In this document: positions 25,272-32,000 of the stretch, in pieces
How positions within the stretch are numbered: position 1 is the stretch's first letter
How the letters are laid out: every line of letters begins with the position of its first letter
NCBI GenBank assembly: GCA_048886185.1
Contig: JBHLKY010000023.1
Coordinates: 1-32,000 of the forward strand
Direction: 5' to 3'
Source: Candidatus Hermodarchaeota archaeon
GTDB taxonomy: Archaea; Asgardarchaeota; Heimdallarchaeia; Hodarchaeales; Hodarchaeaceae
Length of the DNA stretch: 32,000 nucleotides
Position numbers and translations under genes: made by a program
The notes under the pieces: model-generated
What the model was told of the DNA's origin: nothing
The model's input: the letters and a program-made list of their open reading frames with translations, nothing else
Databases searched by the model: none

Positions 25272-26078
25272 ATGAGTGTAAGTGCTATAGAATCAAAACA
25301 ATCTCCATCTGTTTTAACCAAGGCTTTATTTCTAGGACAAATATTTCTAGCAAAAGTTCTATATGATAAAAAGACCTATATTTTAGTCTTTGTTAGTATC
25401 CTTCCCCTTCTTCCCTACATTAACACTGCTTCAGCTAGCATTGATGATTATATAGGTATAATCTCCATTGGTGAGGATACAAACATCTTTAATTTCTTGA
25501 TTTTACCTCTTATTTGCCTAATTCTGGGAATATCTGCTATTTCAGATGAAAAAGAGAATAAGACAATCAGTCAGTTTTTATCGAGGCCTGTTAAAAGAGA
25601 AGAAATAGTATTAACAAAGTGGATCACTGTTTTAATAATCGGGATTGTCATAGCCTGTTTGGATGCATCAATAATCTATATCGGATTGTGTATCATAACA
25701 AATGATTTTACAATTCTGAATTTTGAGGTGTTGCTTGGAACATGGTTGTTCGTAGGATTGTGGGTCATTGTTTATAGTACGATATTCTTACTTTTGGGCA
25801 TAGTAATTGATAAGAACACTCTGGGATGGGGTCTAGCTATTGCTTATTTTGAAGTTTTCTTCGGCCAGTTCATCTTTGGAATTGCTGGTGGTACGAATAA
25901 TCCATATTCTATCTCAAATCATATCTATTATGTTACTTCTGAGTTCTTCTTGGTAAATCGTTTTACCTTCAGTATTCCTGATTTTGAGCCCATATATTCC
26001 CTTATTATTTGTCTTGCGTTAATTTTTGGATTCTTATTACTGTCAATGTTAGCTATGCGCCGTAAAGACTTTCCCTAA
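25272..26078 (+). CDS. ABC-2-type permease
   Basis: AISDEKENKTISQFLSRPVKREEIVLTKW; SD GGTGA at 25261-25265. Confidence 0.87.
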   Translation: MSVSAIESKQSPSVLTKALFLGQIFLAKVLYDKKTYILVFVSILPLLPYINTASASIDDYIGIISIGEDTNIFNFLILPLICLILGISAISDEKENKTISQFLSRPVKREEIVLTKWITVLIIGIVIACLDASIIYIGLCIITNDFTILNFEVLLGTWLFVGLWVIVYSTIFLLLGIVIDKNTLGWGLAIAYFEVFFGQFIFGIAGGTNNPYSISNHIYYVTSEFFLVNRFTFSIPDFEPIYSLIICLALIFGFLLLSMLAMRRKDFP

Positions 26079-26177
26079 AGCGTCATACTGAAATATTCAA
26101 TCAACAATTAAAAAGATTCAGGGATCTTACCTTTGTTACTGATAAAAAAACCTCTTCCAAGGCATAGATGACAATCG

Positions 26178-27638
26178 ATGCAATTACAGGCAATGAAACC
26201 ATTGTTAAAACTCTTTGAAGGGGGGCCTTTAGCTTATATGACAAAATCACTGGCGAGTAATCTAGTTAGTGTATGCTCTCATTGTAATCAGAGTCTAATC
26301 AATAGGGTTTTTCCTATAGTGCAAAAGAACGAATCTGATTGTGTATTTTGTAAACCTAGTAGTCTTATGGCTAGATTCTTCTTAAGAAAAATTCTCGGTT
26401 TAAATGATAATGAATTCAAAAGATTTGCTTCAAACAGTCTATATAAACGGTCAGTAGTTGCGTGGATTCGGGGGATAGGAAGATTTGGGGTGAGTAGACC
26501 ACAACCTACCCTACCACCAATAGCAATTGTATGGAATTTTACGAACCACTGCAATCTTAAATGTCTCCATTGCTATCAAGATTCTTCTCTCATTACAGCT
26601 TCAAATGTGAATAGTTATCCAAAAGAGCTATCTACAGCAGAAGCTCTTAGAGTTGTCGATATTGTTGCTAAATCAGGGTGTGGGTCATTAAGTTTCTCTG
26701 GGGGAGAACCTCTTCTTCGCGATGATTTCTATAAAATTGCACACCATACTTCTAACCATAGATTACTTTGTACGCTCTCAACAAATGGTACATTGTTGGA
26801 TCATACAGTAGCTAAAGACTTGATTTCAGCAGGTGTGAGTGGAATATCGATCAGTCTTGATAGTCTCAGTTCAAAGTTCCATGATGAATTACGCGGAACC
26901 CCTGGAGCTCATACTAAGGCTGTTCAAGGAATTGAAGTATGTGCGGAAAATAGTCAGTTCAAAGAACTCATTATAGCTACAACCTTAACGAACAGGAATT
27001 TAGATGATATTTCAGGGCTTATAGAATTTGCTTCAGAGGTTGGAGCTACACGAGTGTATTTTTCCAGAATACTACCAGTGGGACGAGGAAAATCATTACA
27101 ATCTATGAATATCACACGAGAAGAGCAGAGGAAAGTATTGAAATACTTAGCAAAAAAATTCATTGATTATATTCAATATGGAGAACCATCAGTCGCGGTT
27201 ATGACGCGCGGAATGACTTATTTTGCTTCTCAATGTGCCTCACTCTCAAACTACAAGCATTTTCCTATTAGTGAGATAGTCATTGGCATTGAAAAACGTC
27301 ATAAAGAGATATTAGGTAATTCTGCAAAAACGCTCTTCAGACAATTTGCTGAATATGCAGGGGGATGTGCAACAGGATTAACTTATTGTGGATTGAGTCC
27401 AGAAGGAGATATCTTACCATGTGCTCCTGCCACTGATGTACATTTAGGTAACATACTTAAAGATGGGTTGGAAAGAATTTGGATAAACAATCCTGTATTA
27501 CGTCAAATTAGAGGCCGTTCTCTGGTTAAAGGGAAGTGCAATAGCTGTAAAAGTACTCTTATTTGTGGAGGTTGTCGAGTGACTGCTTATGGAACAACTG
27601 GAGATTGGCTTGCATCTGACCCCTCGTGTCCCTATTGA
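26178..27638 (+). CDS. Radical SAM protein with a SPASM domain and a Cys-containing N-terminal extension
   Basis: VWNFTNHCNLKCLHCY (CxxxCxxC), SFSGGEPL, STNG, SISLD. SPASM: GCATG...CGLSPEGDILPC...CNSCKSTLICGGCR...DPSC. N-terminal CSHC and CVFC. Confidence 0.9.
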   Translation: MQLQAMKPLLKLFEGGPLAYMTKSLASNLVSVCSHCNQSLINRVFPIVQKNESDCVFCKPSSLMARFFLRKILGLNDNEFKRFASNSLYKRSVVAWIRGIGRFGVSRPQPTLPPIAIVWNFTNHCNLKCLHCYQDSSLITASNVNSYPKELSTAEALRVVDIVAKSGCGSLSFSGGEPLLRDDFYKIAHHTSNHRLLCTLSTNGTLLDHTVAKDLISAGVSGISISLDSLSSKFHDELRGTPGAHTKAVQGIEVCAENSQFKELIIATTLTNRNLDDISGLIEFASEVGATRVYFSRILPVGRGKSLQSMNITREEQRKVLKYLAKKFIDYIQYGEPSVAVMTRGMTYFASQCASLSNYKHFPISEIVIGIEKRHKEILGNSAKTLFRQFAEYAGGCATGLTYCGLSPEGDILPCAPATDVHLGNILKDGLERIWINNPVLRQIRGRSLVKGKCNSCKSTLICGGCRVTAYGTTGDWLASDPSCPY

Positions 27639-28180
27639 ATGATTTTAGTGTTTTGAGGAGCACTCTGGATCAACAGATCACTATATGATTTAGAAACTAA
27701 GTTTTCTTCAGAAATCTCAAATAGTTCAAGAAAAAATTGGCATTGCTCCCGCAATTTCTCGATTCCAATCGTACCATCAATATCGATAGCTTCTACCTCT
27801 ACAAAAGACCCTAAATTTTCAACATTGTCGATATGGAATTTTATGTTTTCAATGAAGTATATTGCCCTTTGCTTAGAGACTACAACAAGAACTCCTAAGG
27901 ATTTTGTCAGAATCTCTCTTAAGGAAGATGAGGAATTAGGATCATATTTAAAAAGAGTTACATCAGATTTTTTTGGTTCTTTTGTATCACTTCGTTCATA
28001 ATAGATAAGAGCATTTTCGATTTTTCCCTCTCTCAATTTTAGCCTCCCAGAATTCACTTTAAAATAAGTATCTACTTGGATATCTATACCTTTAAAATCA
28101 GCTTTTCGGGAAATAAGAATTTCTTTAATTTTTCCTGGATCGGAACATTTTGCTTTAAATTCGATATTTTTATGCGTCAT
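27632..28180 (-). CDS. CYTH domain protein (class IV adenylate cyclase CyaB / triphosphate tunnel family)
   Basis: NIEFKAK, QVDTYF, RLKLRE, LIYYER, VSKQRAIY, HIDNVENLGSFVEVE, SYSDLL; ATG at 28180. Confidence 0.9.
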   Translation of the reverse strand: MTHKNIEFKAKCSDPGKIKEILISRKADFKGIDIQVDTYFKVNSGRLKLREGKIENALIYYERSDTKEPKKSDVTLFKYDPNSSSSLREILTKSLGVLVVVSKQRAIYFIENIKFHIDNVENLGSFVEVEAIDIDGTIGIEKLREQCQFFLELFEISEENLVSKSYSDLLIQSAPQNTKIIQ

Positions 28181-28283
28181 AATAATCATTCCTCTCACAT
28201 TTCCAAGGTGAATTTAAATAATATTCTTCTTTTTTAAAAGAAAAAGGTATGATTACCCATAGTAGGTGGGATTACCTATAGTA

Positions 28284-28661
28284 ATGCTTATGGTTTATCT
28301 TCGAACGACTTCTTTGAGGAGGAGGTTTGCTCGATACCTTACATTGTACCCTGATCTCTTTGCTGGTAAGTTAGTTGAAGGCCTGTTTCTCATGACGAAT
28401 ACTGGGAAAAGTATGACGCTACTTTTACCCGAAATGCAGAAACATAAAGGAAACATTGAAGTATCGATCCTTGAACCGGTTCGAATTGAAGATTTTCTGG
28501 AAGATTCAGAGCTAGGAAGGATGGCTTCTTGGTTAAAGGACAAAAACAAAGTTCGAAAGGTATTACAAAACGAGAAAGACGAACAGCTTCCAGAAGAGGT
28601 AAGCGAACTATTACAACAAGTTACAAAGAAAAGAATCTCTGTTCAGTGGAGAATCACTTGA
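28284..28661 (+). CDS. Hypothetical protein (~125 aa), first gene of the SMC-like operon
   Basis: Long open frame with a protein-like charged C-half (VLQNEKDEQLPEEVSELLQQV) and AGGTGG SD-like sequence upstream. The start could be 28266 (GTG), 28284 or 28290. Confidence 0.6.
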   Translation: MLMVYLRTTSLRRRFARYLTLYPDLFAGKLVEGLFLMTNTGKSMTLLLPEMQKHKGNIEVSILEPVRIEDFLEDSELGRMASWLKDKNKVRKVLQNEKDEQLPEEVSELLQQVTKKRISVQWRIT

Positions 28662-28687
28662 TTTTAAAGAAGTACTACCAGAATTCT

Positions 28688-28693
28688 GGAGGA
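28688..28693 (+). promoter_or_regulatory. Shine-Dalgarno GGAGGA for the 56-aa ORF
   Basis: GGAGGA lies 7 nt upstream of TTG 28701. Confidence 0.55.
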
Positions 28694-28700
28694 TGGTGTC

Positions 28701-28871
28701 TTGGCTAAAGGAAAGATAAATGGGGAAGAAATTCTTCATTCAGCTGAAATTGAGTTGATTGAGTATCTAAAACAGCTCAGCTCATTACCAACACAAGCTC
28801 CAAAAAAAGAAGACCCTATATCACGAATTCTTCAGAAATACATAAAAAAATGGCGAGGGATTAAGAAATGA
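28701..28871 (+). CDS. Small helical hypothetical protein (56 aa; not in the supplied ORF track)
   Basis: MAKGKINGEEILHSAEIELIEYLKQLSSLPTQAPKKEDPISRILQKYIKKWRGIKK*. It has a strong SD, a TTG start, and a stop overlapping the SMC-like ATG (ATGA). Confidence 0.65.
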   Translation: MAKGKINGEEILHSAEIELIEYLKQLSSLPTQAPKKEDPISRILQKYIKKWRGIKK

Positions 28872-30712
28872 CTTTACATATAATCTTGGAAAATATCGGA
28901 GGGATTGATAAAGTTGGATTGGACTTCAAAGAAGGAAAGAATTTAATTAAAGCACCAAATGCAACTGGAAAAAGCTCGCTTGTTCGTGGAATTGAACTTC
29001 TAAACTTACCACGAGAAAAAATAGAAAACCGTAGATATTACCTTAATCTTTTTGCCACCAAAGGCCGAGTTCAATTACAAAGAGATGGGAAAGTGATTTG
29101 TGAACGTAAATTCGAGGTTAAAGGGAATAAAATTGATGTTCAAGGAAAAGCTTTTCATCCCGAACACCAAAAAGCGAATTTATTTACTCTGGCAACTCCT
29201 GATAACGAGCTTATAGCTGCAATCACTACTGGAAAGAATTTAGAGAAACTTCTAACACAATACTCTGATGTGAAGTATTATTCCTATTTAATTTCAAATC
29301 TTAAAAGTCGAATAGCAAACCTGAAAAAAGATCTTCGCGTTTATTTAATGTATGAGTCTGATATTGATAATATGCAACAGGAACATTCTCAATTAGAGAA
29401 AGAACTGGAGAAGGCCAAAATTGAGCGAGCTACACTTCCTGAAATCAATCTGGAAGAGATTCAGTCATATTCAGAAATAGAAAATCGATATCATAAGTTA
29501 TCTAAGGAAGTTTTATCTCTTAAAAATAAAATTGAAAGTGCTTCTGACATTATAAAATTAAATATGGCTAGGAACCGTGATACAAAAGCTCAAATAAAAT
29601 CTATGGAAGAAGAAATCAAGAATTTTATGATTGAACACCCAAGTGTTGATCAGGAGATTGCTCGAATAACTGATGAAACGAAGGAATACCGACGATATTT
29701 AGAAGAGGTAAAAAATGAAAAAGGAGAGACTGAAAAAGCAATCAAAGAGGTAAGAAACTGGATTTCTTTGTCTCAACGAATGCCAGACCTACGAAAGTGT
29801 ATCGTTTGTGGACGGCCTTATACTGAAAAACATGCTAAAACACGAGAAGATAAGCTATTAGTAGAAGACTCTCATCTCAGCAAACGCGTTCGTGAATTAG
29901 AATTTCAAATCGATGATGCAGAACGACGAAAAGAAGATTTGGAAGTATTAATTCACAAAATTAAAAATGACAATCAAATAAGAATAAGTAAAGCCAAACA
30001 AGAAATCAGACGACTCCAAAAGGAGATTACTGACAAGAATCAAGAAATTGAATCATCTGAGCAGAGATATGCCGAGAAGGAGTCTGAATTAACTATTCTT
30101 GAGAGATCTGTTGATCAAGGTCGAGCTGATTCAATTAAATTAATAAATGAGCTCGATGCTAAGATTCAGAGAATCTTAGGAAAGATTGAGCAGCTTGATA
30201 AACAAATAAGTGAAAAGTCTGAACGTATTGATCAGATTGACCAAGTTCAGTCCGAATTCAACTTCTATAGTGCCTTAGAAGCTTATCTCGAAGAACGGGA
30301 AAAGATCGTTAAACTAGGTGTTATCGAGAATTTTAATCATCAAATCAAGAAAGTGTATCAACTAATGTCGTATCAAGATTTTGAAGACATTCGTATTGAT
30401 CCGAACTTTAACTTAATTGTTAGACGTAAACGAAAGGGAAAATTAATAGACCAACCTATCGAAAGTTTAAGTGACAGTGAACGTATAACAATTGCTCTAA
30501 TTGTGATGTTAGCTGGACGTGAGGAATACCTAACTGATTATCCCCTATTCGTTTTAGACAAAGTTACTTTAGATTACGATCCCACAAGGTTTGAAATGAT
30601 CTTAGATTACCTGAGTCAACGAGAAGTTCCATATACTTTGGTCACTCTTGCGCAAAGTATTGAAGAGGGTAGTGGGCAGTTAGAGGTTGAGTACATTGGT
30701 GTTAAAACATAA
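28868..30712 (+). CDS. Archaea-specific SMC-related protein (ASRP/Sph/ClsN-like; Rad50-like coiled coil with Zn hook)
   Basis: LENIGGID, Walker A APNATGKSS, long coiled coils, central CIVC at residue ~311 of 614, signature-like LSDSE, Walker-B-like FVLDKV. Confidence 0.8.
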   Translation: MTLHIILENIGGIDKVGLDFKEGKNLIKAPNATGKSSLVRGIELLNLPREKIENRRYYLNLFATKGRVQLQRDGKVICERKFEVKGNKIDVQGKAFHPEHQKANLFTLATPDNELIAAITTGKNLEKLLTQYSDVKYYSYLISNLKSRIANLKKDLRVYLMYESDIDNMQQEHSQLEKELEKAKIERATLPEINLEEIQSYSEIENRYHKLSKEVLSLKNKIESASDIIKLNMARNRDTKAQIKSMEEEIKNFMIEHPSVDQEIARITDETKEYRRYLEEVKNEKGETEKAIKEVRNWISLSQRMPDLRKCIVCGRPYTEKHAKTREDKLLVEDSHLSKRVRELEFQIDDAERRKEDLEVLIHKIKNDNQIRISKAKQEIRRLQKEITDKNQEIESSEQRYAEKESELTILERSVDQGRADSIKLINELDAKIQRILGKIEQLDKQISEKSERIDQIDQVQSEFNFYSALEAYLEEREKIVKLGVIENFNHQIKKVYQLMSYQDFEDIRIDPNFNLIVRRKRKGKLIDQPIESLSDSERITIALIVMLAGREEYLTDYPLFVLDKVTLDYDPTRFEMILDYLSQREVPYTLVTLAQSIEEGSGQLEVEYIGVKT

Positions 30713-30714
30713 CC

Positions 30715-31074
30715 CTAATCCCTAGCTGCAATTGCTTCAATCTCTATTCGTGCTCCCAAAGGTAACGCTGCTACTTGAATTGTAGCTCTCGCTGGGGGTT
30801 CAGATGGAAAAAATTTTGCATATTCCTCATTTACTAATGCGAAGTCGTTTATATCTGTTAAGAAGATAGTCGTTTTTACTATATCACTTAGATAGGCTTT
30901 TGCTTCATTGAGTATATTTTCGATTTTCTCAATTATTTCCCTTGTTTGAGTTTGAATATCAGCGTCCAAATTTGTCGCAATTTGACCAGAAACATATATG
31001 TGTTTTTTTCTTGATGTTTGAATCGCAGGACTGTATGGACCTACTACTTGACCGATTTTTATTGCTTTTTTCAT
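30715..31074 (-). CDS. ridA: RidA/YjgF/YER057c/UK114 family enamine deaminase
   Basis: GPYSPAI, YVSGQI, VKTTIFL, FALVNEEY, PARAT (catalytic Arg), LPLGARIEIEAIA. Confidence 0.9.
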   Translation of the reverse strand: MKKAIKIGQVVGPYSPAIQTSRKKHIYVSGQIATNLDADIQTQTREIIEKIENILNEAKAYLSDIVKTTIFLTDINDFALVNEEYAKFFPSEPPARATIQVAALPLGARIEIEAIAARD

Positions 31075-31091
31075 AATTATCACATTTAAGA

Positions 31092-31520
31092 TTATTCAAT
31101 TAAGTATGGTAATTCCAATAGCATTAATTTTGATACAGGGTCTTCTGTTCGTGAAACTCCAGGTTCATAAACTGAAATTTGAATTTCACAGGTAACTGAA
31201 ACGATACACCCTTGAAAAATATGTCCTCCAATACAGGATCCATCTTGCTGACCGAAAACTCCATGAATATGAACTATTTGATTTTGAGCAATATTTCCAT
31301 TTAATGATAATAACTCAAGATTTTCCGAAAAATTCATTTTTTGATATTCCTCACCATCAAAAAAACCAATATTTGCTTCAGAAACAGCTCCAATTCCATG
31401 GATCTGTCCAGAGGAGATTTTGTTGCGCTTACAAAATTTTTGGAGTGATTCGAGGATATCTTCTCCTCGAAAAAGGCGTAGGAGGTAATTCTTTTGATTA
31501 TTTTGCAAAATGTATTTCAT
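31092..31520 (-). CDS. PPC/DUF296 domain protein
   Basis: LRLFRGEDIL, GIGAV, ELLSLNGNI, VHIHGVFG, GGHI, VTCEI. Confidence 0.9.
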   Translation of the reverse strand: MKYILQNNQKNYLLRLFRGEDILESLQKFCKRNKISSGQIHGIGAVSEANIGFFDGEEYQKMNFSENLELLSLNGNIAQNQIVHIHGVFGQQDGSCIGGHIFQGCIVSVTCEIQISVYEPGVSRTEDPVSKLMLLELPYLIE

Positions 31521-32000
31521 ATGGGTAAAATCTCCTTGATTTATAGTAAAATTGTGAATAGATACAGTTTGCTAAATAATTTAAATAATGTTCATAAAAC
31601 TCTAGACTATCAAGAATTGCAGTTCATCTCCAATATTCTTTTCAAATTCATCTCAAATTATCATTTCAGAGGAGAGAACGAAGAAATTCAAGTGTGATTT
31701 GTGTCTAAGCTTACACCAATGTCTGATTTTTTGAAATCAAAGAATCATAGAAAAGGTTTTTTAAGAGGGATTCATTATGTTATTTGGAATTGCTTTTATA
31801 TTTTTGATTTAGAGCCTAGTAAGTCTTTAGTCAATCAAGATAACATCAAGAAACACATGATTTAGTACATCATTGAAGGGATTTTATGAGGTTTTAACTG
31901 TTGAAAATGCATTGTGATAGTAACTGTAGGCCCTGTGTGTTAGAGGGGGGTCCTAATCGGGATCTCGACAATAAGAATGCTGGATTCATGGCCTATTTCT

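Noticed and set aside
28659-28667. Selenocysteine or stop readthrough fusing the 125-aa and 56-aa ORFs (same frame)
   Set aside because: The TGA is followed two codons later by an in-frame TAA, and the downstream ORF has its own SD and TTG start.
28529-28708. 59-aa very basic alternative-frame ORF (MVKGQKQSSKGITKRERRTASRRGKR...)
   Set aside because: It largely overlaps the 125-aa ORF, and its K/R richness is the expected shadow of an A/G-rich coding frame. No independent support.
1902-31697. Numerous 60-130 aa ORFs in the track that are antisense to or nested in larger genes (e.g. 1902-2192, 13863-14195, 14910-15248, 16118-16519, 18299-18628, 23464-23760, 28295-28549)
   Set aside because: Shadow frames of well-supported genes with no motifs of their own.
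1-32000. CRISPR array, tRNA, rRNA, IS element or prophage
   Set aside because: By eye I found no regularly spaced repeats, cloverleaf, extended GC-rich structural RNA, transposase, integrase or virion genes.
31521-32000. Possible gene in the last 480 nt
   Set aside because: Only short AT-rich frames, plus one frame running off the window end without recognisable motifs; it cannot be called.

Overview
AT-rich, gene-dense archaeal chromosomal window. The AlaX-M, archaeal RNase J-like, DUF504, archaea-specific SMC-related and GGAGG/GGTGA Shine-Dalgarno features support an archaeal origin; an Asgard-like host is a guess, not shown. The left 10 kb holds four structurally different DNA amino-methyltransferases, with no recognisable restriction endonuclease, interleaved with housekeeping genes (RNase J-like, HAD, thioredoxin reductase, cupin). 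One methyltransferase ends in a near-canonical PCNA-binding PIP box (KQSTLESYL), and another has a G8 tract across its catalytic motif and sits divergent from an uncalled 45-aa C2H2 zinc-finger ORF. The middle carries AlaX, a SAM methyltransferase, an MFS transporter, a heterodimeric ABC exporter, two SDRs, OsmC, a RACo/ASKHA corrinoid reactivator, DUF504, a four-gene ABC-2 module and a radical SAM/SPASM protein. The right end has a CYTH protein, an apparent three-gene operon (unknown ~125 aa, uncalled 56 aa, and a Rad50-like archaea-specific SMC-related protein with a zinc hook), RidA and a PPC/DUF296 protein. I saw no rRNA, tRNA, CRISPR array, integrase or transposase. All family calls come from motif recognition by eye; no database searches were run.
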